Origin: an uncultured virus (IMG/VR IMGVR_UViG_3300002835_000125)
Taxonomy: Duplodnaviria > Heunggongvirae > Uroviricota > Caudoviricetes
Strand: one strand, 5' to 3'
Virus record (IMG/VR): IMGVR_UViG_3300002835_000125
Length of the DNA: 20,000 bases
Each line of letters starts with the position of its first letter. Positions within the stretch are counted from its first letter, which is position 1. The position numbers and the translations under genes were made by a program. Below, piece after piece: positions 1 through 8,909 of this stretch. Under the pieces are notes generated by a model. That model had not been told where the DNA came from and did not search any database. It saw only the letters and a list, made by a program, of their open reading frames with translations.

Positions 1-2
1 AT

Positions 3-3000
3 ATTGTTGATAACACCATAAGATTCTTTATTAAAAATAAAGATAAATCATATGCACAATTAAAAAAACAATTACAGAATGACCCGGATTTTAGGCTTTC
101 ATTCTCTCAATATATGACTTTACAAAGGTCAAATAGTCCAGAAGTTAGAGAAAGAAAAATATTTGAAGACTATCTTGATTCTTTTTTAGATGACATGATA
201 TATGTAATAAATCAAATTGAAGAAACATATAAAGATTATTACTTAACCGATTTAACTGAGCTTGGCAGTGATTCAAAAAACTTTAGAATATATGATATTT
301 CTTTAAATGCAATTGGTGCTCTTGACTTAGTAGCAATAAAAGAAGATGGGTCATATAGAGTTATAGATATAAAAACTGCCTATGATAAAATTTCCTTAAA
401 AAAGAAGGAAGATTATAATACACAGATTTCTATATATAATTTAATATTATCAAATATTGAAGGACTCACTCCTGAGAATAAATCCGATATCTTCTATATC
501 CAAAAAGATATATATGTAACCGATAGGTCAGATACAGATAAATTTGGCAAATTTGTCAAGAGCGTATTAAAATCTACAGAAGTTGTTTCTTTAGATAGTA
601 AAACAAAAGAAGAAGTATTAGAAAAGATAGTTAAGTATAAAGAAGAATTTTATAAATCTTATAACCCAAAGACTGACTTAAAATTTATTGAAGAAGATAA
701 TTTGGATGAAAAGAAAGCAAAATCAAAAAAGTCAAATCTTTCTGTTACAAGTAGAATAAGATATAAAAACAATTTCCGTAAATTTGAAGAAGAAAAGAAT
801 AAAAAACCACTCCTATCTAAAATAGTTAAAAATGAAAAAATGTCAACTACAACGTCCTTAAAAGAAGGAGTTAAGTGGTTGAAAAATACTTTTCCAGAAA
901 TATCAGAACAAGGAGTACATGTTGTAAAAACTTTACTATCTGATACAGGAGGTCAATTCTTTTTAGATGCTATATATTTAGCAGAAAAATCAAATGAAGG
1001 AGTAGCTTATCATGAAGGATGGCATAGATTTACACAATTATATTTAAAAAAGGATGAAAAAGTAACACTTTATAATAAGACAAAAGAACGAGCTATTGAT
1101 TTTATTAGTAGAGAAGGAGTAAAATTGAATACTTCCACTGCTACATTTATGGAAATAGAAGAATTCTTAGCAGATGAATTTACAAAATATGCTAACAATC
1201 CTTCCGAATATAAATTTGATAAGTTAGGAGAAGAACCTAAATCAATATTCCAAAAAATATGGGAGTTTGTACTTTCTCTTTTTAACTTTAAAAAGAATAA
1301 TGGGGAAAACAGTTATCAAAAATTATTTAATAACCTTTATTTTGGAACTTTCTATAGAGGAAATTTTAGTATGAATAATGCTATGTTCTCTTCATTAAGA
1401 AGTGTGTTAAAAGATAATACAGGAAATACATTAATAGATAATACAACATTTATAAGATTTAGAAATTACTTAGATAATGCTATTCAGAATCATGCTATGG
1501 ATAATAGCTATTTAATTAATGATAGATTGATTAAAAGTGTAACATCATTTAAAGATATTATAAGTCTTATACAAGAGAGCTTAGTTAATTTAAAAGATTC
1601 TTATTTACAAATGGAAGAAGATGGTGTAATAACACCATTCCAAAAAACGCAACTTGAAAATTTACAAAAGATATTAGAACCTAAAAATATAAATAAATTT
1701 GTTGCAAGCTATTTAAAATTTACAGGATTTAAATCTATAAAAAACTTTTATGAAAAAAATATAAATCTTGTAAATAAAGAAAAAGAAGAGAGTGAAAATT
1801 CAAATATTGAAAAAGAAGAGAGTGAAGGGACAGATATACCTAATTCAAGATTAGAAGAAGGTCCAGAAATAGAATTTGATAGAAGTGGGGAAACAGATGC
1901 ATTTGCTTTAGCAAGAGCAGAATTAAAAGATTGGTTTAATTCTGTATCAAAATTAAATGTGGATAAACAAGGAGTTTATATTATACCTGAAATAGATGGT
2001 GTAAAGAAAGCATATGATGAATTTTACGAAGTTGATGATTTTGGATTTGTTAAAACCTTAGAAGGAAAGAAAGCGTTTTATAAAACCTTAGAGATTTTAT
2101 CAGGTTCTCCTTCTATATCAATATTAAAACAAAAACTAACAAATCCTGATAATTATTATCTGTTTCCAGAACTTCAAATAATAAAAGATAGACTTTTAGG
2201 TGCTAAATATGATGTAGATGGAACTATTTATGAAGTGGAAGGACTTATCCCTAAGATGGAACGTCTTTCTGAAGCAATGAATGCTGGTACTATTTCTGAT
2301 GAAGAAGCTGCTGAACATTCTAGCCTTTTAAGTTTTATGATGCATTTCTTGCAAATAATGGGAATGTCAAAAGTAGAACTTCTCACATTAAAGGTGGATT
2401 TCTCAAAAGCTAATGAAGGAGAATGGGATGAGCAAGGAGGAAAGAAAACATTTAATCCATCTTCTTTAATTGAAAATACAGACATTTCTATATCAAATCT
2501 AATAAATCAATTAGCTTCTGAATTTCAAACAAATGCAAAAATTGATGATGATAAAACTATATCTATATATGAAGCCTTACAAAAACTTAAATCTGATGGT
2601 AACTTACAATCTGTAAATTTAACCACTGCTGCTAAATCTTTATCTTCATATAAATTCTTTAAGAATGAATTGGGTGATTATTTCTTTAATCCTTTTTATA
2701 AACTGGAAAATTTTGAATATTTCTATACTAAAGAAAGCTTTTCATTAAGTCAAAAAGCAAAACTTCAAGATTTTTATTCTTCATTCGGAGTTTCATTAGA
2801 AAATGCTTTATTGAACAATCCTGCTTATAGATATAAAATTTTACAAAATTATAAATCTTTAATAGGTATAAGAAATGAATTAGCAAATACTTCTTTAAAT
2901 GTATTTAAGTCTAATTTATATTGGAAAGAAAAAGAATTAACTAATCCAAGTGATAATAAAGAAGCTTTACAAACAATAATCAATAAGATGTTTTCTAAAA

Positions 3001-6000
3001 ATCCTATTGATAGACTAATGTATTTAGGACAAGAGTATAAAGAAAAGAAAGGAGATAGGTCAAAAATATTTGCTAAGAATTTACCAACTCTTATTGAGTT
3101 AGCATCTCTGAAAAGAGAAATGAAAGATAATTATAGTTCTGGTTCTGTTTTAACAAAATCAGGTTCTCAATTTAGTTATTATCAACCAAATCAACAATTA
3201 ATAATTGCAGATTTTATAAATAGTGATGAAATACAATCCTTTAAAGATTTTGATAAATATGAAGCATTGTATCATTTGAATCCAATTAGAAATAGGCAAC
3301 TATTGTATGAACCTTGGATAAGAATGATTTTTGACGATAAGGGTAATAAAATACCCAGTATGAAGCTCAAAATATCTGTTCTTACTCAACAAACAATAAA
3401 TAGTGAGATAGGAGAAAAGATAGAAAAAACTACAGGTGAGTTAAGTATAGGTAGTAAGATTTTATTTGACTTTATGGTTGTTTCTGATACAGGATATTCA
3501 GAAATTAAAAGAATGGAAACATCCGATAGTTCTTGGAGACAATCTGTATTTAATGAAAATACAGGAAAAGATGTACCTATTTTAAAAAATATAGAAAGTT
3601 TTAAAGATGGTCAATTCTTAACAATTATACATCACTATATTACTAGTGCAGCATTCATGTATAGATTTCATAAATCAAAAGAAGGTACAGGATATTTAGA
3701 AAAACCTATAAATAATCTTGGTGTATTTGAAGAAATGCTCGGAAAAGATATTACAGATGAAATAAAATCATTTGTAAATTCAAAACCTTTAGATTATGAT
3801 TTGAATAATATGCTTGGTGAATTATTAATGTTAAATGAAGAATTTATTGAAGAAATAGAAAAGAAAGTAGTATCATATTTTGAAGACATAACATTTGGTA
3901 ACCAATTTGGAATTGATAGCTTAGGTGAAGATAGTTTTTCAAAATTCTTTAAAGATAATATATCAGAAGAAGATTTTTCTAAAGTGAGTAAATTAATAAA
4001 ATATAGTCAAGTATATAATGGTAAATTTCCATTTAAAACTTTAAAAACTCCGGGAAATATATCTGAATTATTTTCTGATAAGAAGTTTAAAGAAAAGATT
4101 ACACAATTTGTAGCAACAGATTTTCTAAATTCTATGGCTGATTCTGCTATGTTTTTTGGAGATTATACTTATTGGAAAGATGCTATAAAGAGAAGAAAAG
4201 TGATAGGTAATAATGGTTCTATTCATACTGTAACAGGAGAATTGTTAAATGCTGTAAATGCTCAATTAAACTTTAAAAGTATAAAGAAAACATATAGAGA
4301 TTTCTATAAAATGGAACCATCTACTAAACCAAATTCAGTAGTTAGAAAAACAGTTTTAATAGATGAAGTAGTTTCTTTAGATTATGAAAATAAAGTTATA
4401 AAACCACTTGAAGAATTATATAAGCAGTTAGGAATAAAAAGTGACCCAAGAGTTGATAAAGTAGCAACTATAAAAGCATGGGGTAAAGCTGAATTAGGGG
4501 ATGCAGCAGCATATATTTCTCTTGATTTATATAGATTTATGAGACAAAGAGAAAGACTTTGGAGTGAACAAGATGAAGCTGAATATAACAGACAAAATTT
4601 AATTCTTGACTGGCATCTTTTTAAAAATCCTACTGCTCAATACGATGAAGATGGAAACTTTATAGAAGAAGATTTTACAGAAGATGAATTCCGTGAAATA
4701 TTTGGAAAACCATATTCTTCATTTAATGTTGCAAAATTTGCAATGACTGGTCCTATCTTATCACAAGATATAGATAGTCATCTTATGCCTGTTTTTGATA
4801 AAATGGGATTAAAGGTTTTAATTCCAGAAACAGATTATGAACAAAGAAAGACTTTATTTGATTATATGTATACAAATGATGCAGATTATTTAGTATATGA
4901 AAGTGGTTCAAAAGGATTTATTGCTGCAAAATCAGAAGCATGGGGAGAAAATGGATTAGATATTAATGCTAAATATGTAGACCACGCAGGTTCATTCTTT
5001 AAGAATCAACAAAACACAACTTCTATAAAGAAAGAATCAGTATTAGCAAACCAATTAAGGGGAATATTTTATTCTCCTATGCTTCTTCATGCAAATTTAA
5101 GACCTGTTTTAGAACAACAATATAAAAGATTTATAAATTCTCTTACAGAAATAATAGATATAAAATCTGGTAAGACTTTAGCATCAATAGGATTAAATAG
5201 AGATGGAAATTTTATAGAAATAAATGGTAAAGTTGCAGGTAAAAAAATATTTGTAGAAAAAATAAGAGAAAAGGTCATTGATTTATATCCTAGTCAAGTA
5301 GAAATATTAGATACATTAGATGTAGATAAAGATGGTAATTTTATAAACTTCTTAGAATCCTTACATAATTATAAAGATATATACAATATTATATCTGGTT
5401 TAATGGATGATTCATTTAGAAAAATAAAACTAAATGGTTCTAAATTCTATCAAACTATAGAATTGGGAACAAGTTTACAATTTAATAATTCAAAGCGTAA
5501 TACAGATAAATCCTTAAAATTAAATTGGCATAAATTAGATTATACACCAAGCGGTAAAAAAATAGTAGGTACTTTAGAATGTGAATGTAAAATATCTTTC
5601 AGTAAAGCTTTCGAACCATTATTAAATCTTCCAGATAGAGATGGTATTCCAATAAAAGTAGCAAGACGTACATTTAAAGAGCAGTTGGATTTATTAAATG
5701 CTCTTAGAAGTGATGAAATATGGTATGAACAATATAAAGAATCTTTTGTAATGGTTGGTGTACGTATCCCTCTTCAAGATTTAAATTTTGTTTCACACTT
5801 AACTGTAAGAGAATTCTTATCACCCGTAGAAGGAGATGTGATAATATTACCTACTGAATTTTATAAACAAGTGGGTGCTGATAATGATATTGATACTGTA
5901 ACAGCAACTTATAAGTTTTTAGATGAAGCTACTGGATTACCTATAGCTAAGGTGAATGAATCTTACAAAGACATACAAGATAAACTTTTAAAAATTGAAG

Positions 6001-8900
6001 ATGACATATCATCTATAGCTCCAACAAAAACAGTAGAAGTGACATCTAAAATAGATATGGAATATCTACTTAGAAACTATCTTGAGATTTATGAAAATAA
6101 CGGTAAGACAGAAGAAGATTTTATAAAAGATTTAACACTGCATGAAGCAGGTGGTGTAAATGGGCAATATGATAAAAAATCATTCTTTTATAAAATAAAA
6201 CGAATGAATCTTGGCAGTATTGGAAAACAAACTTATGAGCAACATGTATACGAAGACTTTTTAGAAGATGTTGATAATTTAGTTCAACAAACAGAATTTA
6301 CAGAAACTTATGAAGAAGATGTAGATGAATCAAGTGAATATAAAAGACTTAAAAAAGAAAGGAGAGATTTAAAAAAGAAGCAGAGAAATTACATAAAAGG
6401 ATTAACAAATGAAGTTGTTGACTCTATCATTACTGTACTTAGAACACCAGAAGCATTCTTATATTTTACTGAAACTGATGACATGAGTAAAGTGGAAAAT
6501 ATGTCTAAAAAAATTATAGAGTTAAAAACAGAAAAAAACATAAAAGATATAGATGCTACATTTAATGCACCAATGTCTGCTTTAAAAAGCATAGGAGCAA
6601 AAAATAATTATGTTAATCACAATAATAATTTTGGTGTAAGAACTCAATTAGGTTCATGGGTTAAATTTGCAAGACTTTTAGTAACTTTAAAAACAATAAA
6701 TGCTGGAGTAAATAAAAAATACAAATCCGCATCTGATGCAAAAACCTTACTTGGTGATAAGTTTTTATATGATAGAACTATTAGAAATCCATTATCAAAA
6801 GAAAATGATAAATCATTCTACTCTTTTGAAATGTATGATGAAAAAGGAGAAAGAATAAATAAGAATGTATCTATTATAGTATCAACATTATTAGATTTAT
6901 TTAAAAATCCAGATACATATCCATCTTTGAATGTAACTTGGAATAATATAAAACAAGCAATATTCCTTTCTTCTTTAAGAATTCCTATGGAAGATATAAT
7001 GTTATATCTGAATAATCCTATTACAGAAGAGTTAGAAATTACAAAGAATAAGCTTGGAGAATCATTCCAAATGAGACATTCTATTGTAGAAACAGGTAAA
7101 AATCTTTTTGATAGTGAAATTTTCGATAAAAATGAAAGTTCTTTCTTTACCTACGCTGACAATGTAAAAGGAGCAGGTATGAATAGGTTCACTACTGGAC
7201 AATTTCAAAGAGCTGAAGAAAAACTAACACAATTAGAAATAACAGAAGGTTCACTCAAGTTTACAATTGATGAAATTAATGAATTTACAAGAATATATAA
7301 TAGATATAAAAGAGAAGAATCTAAAAAGGGTAATCCTATTGATTTAAAATCCTTCTTAAAAAATAATCCTTCATATAAAAAATTAGCTAAAAACATATTT
7401 TTATATCACATTACTCTTATAGAAGATGGTAATAACTTTTATAAAAGTGTTGTAAAATATTTAGATAGAGATTCTGTAAAATATAATAATGAAGGTAAAA
7501 TATATGATATTAAAGCAAGAGAAAAAATAATAACAAAACAAGGAATGCTAAATGATAGTTTCTTAGAAGATATTAGAAACGACTCAGTTTTTTCTTTCTT
7601 ATATCATGATGAAACTGTATTAAATGGATTAAGTGTTTTAAAACAAGAAATTCTTCAAAATCCAACTATAAAGCAAAAGTATAATGAACTTTTAGCAAAA
7701 TTAATATCAGAAGTTAATTTGGACTCTGAAGGAATGAAAAAGTTTTCTCAAGTATATTATACTGATTTTCTTGAAATGATTTATAAGAATTTCTTTGTAC
7801 TTGAACTAAATCAAAAAGATATTAATGGAGTTGAAAAGTTAAATAAAAACTTCTTATTTGATTTCTTTAAATCAGATATATTTGTAGATTTTCCAAAATT
7901 AAAAAAGGAGTTTTCTTTAAGTAATGCAGAAGAAATAATGAAACAGATGGAAATGGAAGAAGAAGATTCTTTATTTTCCTTTGAAAAGCTTCCCAATCAA
8001 CTTCCTCAATTTTTATCTAAATATCCAGAGTTTAGAGAATTGGAAATATTTAAAATCCTTGGTCCAAGAACATTGAGTTCTCACTTGAATCAAGAAAGAA
8101 TGAATCAGTTTAGAGATAATAATAATGAAGAACTTGATGAAACTGGAGAACCCTTAGAAAGAAGTGATGAAGAATATGAAGAAAGGAAATATGTAAAAAA
8201 ATTACCAGACCCTAATTTATCTGAATTGATAAATACAATGAAAAAATCTTACATATTTGCAAACTTCTCAAAAGATGCTCAAAAGAGAGAAGTGGAAGAA
8301 CTTGTTGTTAGAAATCAATTTGAAGATTTATTAAACTTTGACATTTCTAAATTTGAATTTTTAAATATAGAGAGTAACAGAATTAATCATTATATGAATG
8401 GTGAAAATATAAAGGAAATTCAAGAATTTATGAATGTTATAGCATTTTATTCTTTTATGATTGCTCCACATATTGATAAATCAAGGGGTAATTTTTCTTC
8501 AATTATTCCCATATCTATTACTAAAAGAATTATAGAAAATGCTATAAACAATTTTAATAAATATAATAAAACATGGACTACATCTAATTATACTATATTT
8601 TTTGAGCAGTTTGAAGAAATGTTTAGAGAAATGAATTCTGAATTTAAACTTCAAACAAAAGATAAAGGAGAATATTATTTTCATGGAGATGCAGGAAAAC
8701 TTTATGGAATTCTAAATAAGTTTTCAGTGAATGACCCATTTTATCAAACAAGGTTAGCTATGTTAAATCCTTCAAAAGAAGGAGTTAATACATTTTTAAT
8801 TAAACTTAAAGATAGAAAACCTTATATAGAAAAAGAAAACCCTGAAATAACTTTAAATATTAAAGCATCTGGATTACCAAGTTCGGATATAATTTGTTAA
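3..8900 (+). CDS. Giant multidomain virion RNA polymerase, crAss-like two-barrel type, fused to PD-(D/E)xK nuclease-like and zincin-like domains; 5'-truncated by the window
   Basis: The frame is open from base 3 (IVDNTIRFFIKNKDK...) through the track's Met at 114, so the true start is probably upstream. Motifs: GALDLV...VIDIKT...YNTQISIY (315-437); HEGWH (1011-1025) with EEFLADEF (1158-1181); GDAAAY (~4497), FDKMG (~4794), YESGSK (~4896-4913); RIPLQ (5763-5777) followed by GADNDID (5874-5894), resembling the RxP...DxDxD arrangement of two-barrel RNAPs (DFDID in phi14:2 gp66). Confidence 0.88.
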   Translation: MVDNTIRFFIKNKDKSYAQLKKQLQNDPDFRLSFSQYMTLQRSNSPEVRERKIFEDYLDSFLDDMIYVINQIEETYKDYYLTDLTELGSDSKNFRIYDISLNAIGALDLVAIKEDGSYRVIDIKTAYDKISLKKKEDYNTQISIYNLILSNIEGLTPENKSDIFYIQKDIYVTDRSDTDKFGKFVKSVLKSTEVVSLDSKTKEEVLEKIVKYKEEFYKSYNPKTDLKFIEEDNLDEKKAKSKKSNLSVTSRIRYKNNFRKFEEEKNKKPLLSKIVKNEKMSTTTSLKEGVKWLKNTFPEISEQGVHVVKTLLSDTGGQFFLDAIYLAEKSNEGVAYHEGWHRFTQLYLKKDEKVTLYNKTKERAIDFISREGVKLNTSTATFMEIEEFLADEFTKYANNPSEYKFDKLGEEPKSIFQKIWEFVLSLFNFKKNNGENSYQKLFNNLYFGTFYRGNFSMNNAMFSSLRSVLKDNTGNTLIDNTTFIRFRNYLDNAIQNHAMDNSYLINDRLIKSVTSFKDIISLIQESLVNLKDSYLQMEEDGVITPFQKTQLENLQKILEPKNINKFVASYLKFTGFKSIKNFYEKNINLVNKEKEESENSNIEKEESEGTDIPNSRLEEGPEIEFDRSGETDAFALARAELKDWFNSVSKLNVDKQGVYIIPEIDGVKKAYDEFYEVDDFGFVKTLEGKKAFYKTLEILSGSPSISILKQKLTNPDNYYLFPELQIIKDRLLGAKYDVDGTIYEVEGLIPKMERLSEAMNAGTISDEEAAEHSSLLSFMMHFLQIMGMSKVELLTLKVDFSKANEGEWDEQGGKKTFNPSSLIENTDISISNLINQLASEFQTNAKIDDDKTISIYEALQKLKSDGNLQSVNLTTAAKSLSSYKFFKNELGDYFFNPFYKLENFEYFYTKESFSLSQKAKLQDFYSSFGVSLENALLNNPAYRYKILQNYKSLIGIRNELANTSLNVFKSNLYWKEKELTNPSDNKEALQTIINKMFSKNPIDRLMYLGQEYKEKKGDRSKIFAKNLPTLIELASLKREMKDNYSSGSVLTKSGSQFSYYQPNQQLIIADFINSDEIQSFKDFDKYEALYHLNPIRNRQLLYEPWIRMIFDDKGNKIPSMKLKISVLTQQTINSEIGEKIEKTTGELSIGSKILFDFMVVSDTGYSEIKRMETSDSSWRQSVFNENTGKDVPILKNIESFKDGQFLTIIHHYITSAAFMYRFHKSKEGTGYLEKPINNLGVFEEMLGKDITDEIKSFVNSKPLDYDLNNMLGELLMLNEEFIEEIEKKVVSYFEDITFGNQFGIDSLGEDSFSKFFKDNISEEDFSKVSKLIKYSQVYNGKFPFKTLKTPGNISELFSDKKFKEKITQFVATDFLNSMADSAMFFGDYTYWKDAIKRRKVIGNNGSIHTVTGELLNAVNAQLNFKSIKKTYRDFYKMEPSTKPNSVVRKTVLIDEVVSLDYENKVIKPLEELYKQLGIKSDPRVDKVATIKAWGKAELGDAAAYISLDLYRFMRQRERLWSEQDEAEYNRQNLILDWHLFKNPTAQYDEDGNFIEEDFTEDEFREIFGKPYSSFNVAKFAMTGPILSQDIDSHLMPVFDKMGLKVLIPETDYEQRKTLFDYMYTNDADYLVYESGSKGFIAAKSEAWGENGLDINAKYVDHAGSFFKNQQNTTSIKKESVLANQLRGIFYSPMLLHANLRPVLEQQYKRFINSLTEIIDIKSGKTLASIGLNRDGNFIEINGKVAGKKIFVEKIREKVIDLYPSQVEILDTLDVDKDGNFINFLESLHNYKDIYNIISGLMDDSFRKIKLNGSKFYQTIELGTSLQFNNSKRNTDKSLKLNWHKLDYTPSGKKIVGTLECECKISFSKAFEPLLNLPDRDGIPIKVARRTFKEQLDLLNALRSDEIWYEQYKESFVMVGVRIPLQDLNFVSHLTVREFLSPVEGDVIILPTEFYKQVGADNDIDTVTATYKFLDEATGLPIAKVNESYKDIQDKLLKIEDDISSIAPTKTVEVTSKIDMEYLLRNYLEIYENNGKTEEDFIKDLTLHEAGGVNGQYDKKSFFYKIKRMNLGSIGKQTYEQHVYEDFLEDVDNLVQQTEFTETYEEDVDESSEYKRLKKERRDLKKKQRNYIKGLTNEVVDSIITVLRTPEAFLYFTETDDMSKVENMSKKIIELKTEKNIKDIDATFNAPMSALKSIGAKNNYVNHNNNFGVRTQLGSWVKFARLLVTLKTINAGVNKKYKSASDAKTLLGDKFLYDRTIRNPLSKENDKSFYSFEMYDEKGERINKNVSIIVSTLLDLFKNPDTYPSLNVTWNNIKQAIFLSSLRIPMEDIMLYLNNPITEELEITKNKLGESFQMRHSIVETGKNLFDSEIFDKNESSFFTYADNVKGAGMNRFTTGQFQRAEEKLTQLEITEGSLKFTIDEINEFTRIYNRYKREESKKGNPIDLKSFLKNNPSYKKLAKNIFLYHITLIEDGNNFYKSVVKYLDRDSVKYNNEGKIYDIKAREKIITKQGMLNDSFLEDIRNDSVFSFLYHDETVLNGLSVLKQEILQNPTIKQKYNELLAKLISEVNLDSEGMKKFSQVYYTDFLEMIYKNFFVLELNQKDINGVEKLNKNFLFDFFKSDIFVDFPKLKKEFSLSNAEEIMKQMEMEEEDSLFSFEKLPNQLPQFLSKYPEFRELEIFKILGPRTLSSHLNQERMNQFRDNNNEELDETGEPLERSDEEYEERKYVKKLPDPNLSELINTMKKSYIFANFSKDAQKREVEELVVRNQFEDLLNFDISKFEFLNIESNRINHYMNGENIKEIQEFMNVIAFYSFMIAPHIDKSRGNFSSIIPISITKRIIENAINNFNKYNKTWTTSNYTIFFEQFEEMFREMNSEFKLQTKDKGEYYFHGDAGKLYGILNKFSVNDPFYQTRLAMLNPSKEGVNTFLIKLKDRKPYIEKENPEITLNIKASGLPSSDIIC
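312..440 (+). other. PD-(D/E)xK (restriction-endonuclease fold) nuclease-like motif region within the giant protein
   Basis: G-x-x-D (GALD, Asp at 324), D-x-K (DIKT, 366-377) and Q-x-x-x-Y (QISIY, 423-437) occur in the order typical of RecB/Cas4-like PD-(D/E)xK nucleases. Confidence 0.75.
850..1290 (+). other. Zincin-like metallopeptidase domain within the giant protein
   Basis: HEGWH at 1011-1025, downstream EEFLADEF helix supplying a candidate third ligand, then the amphipathic helix SIFQKIWEFVLSLF. Boundaries approximate. Confidence 0.75.
4140..5900 (+). other. Two-barrel RNA polymerase catalytic core (beta-like then beta'-like motifs in one chain)
   Basis: FFGD...KRR, GDAAAYIS, FDKMG, YESGSK, GVRIPLQ and VGADNDIDT in colinear order, as I recall them from crAss-like RNAPs. 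Boundaries approximate. Confidence 0.8.
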
Positions 8901-8909
8901 TTTTACAAA

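Noticed and set aside
114..116. Track start codon of the giant ORF
   Set aside because: The frame is open and protein-like from base 3, so this Met is probably internal.
312..440. Cas4/CRISPR interpretation of the nuclease motifs
   Set aside because: No Fe-S cysteine cluster, no other cas genes and no repeat-spacer array in the window.
1779..1826. 18-nt direct repeat GAAAAAGAAGAGAGTGAA x2 (30-nt period)
   Set aside because: Two copies encoding EKEESE in an acidic linker; an ordinary local duplication, not a CRISPR or regulatory array.
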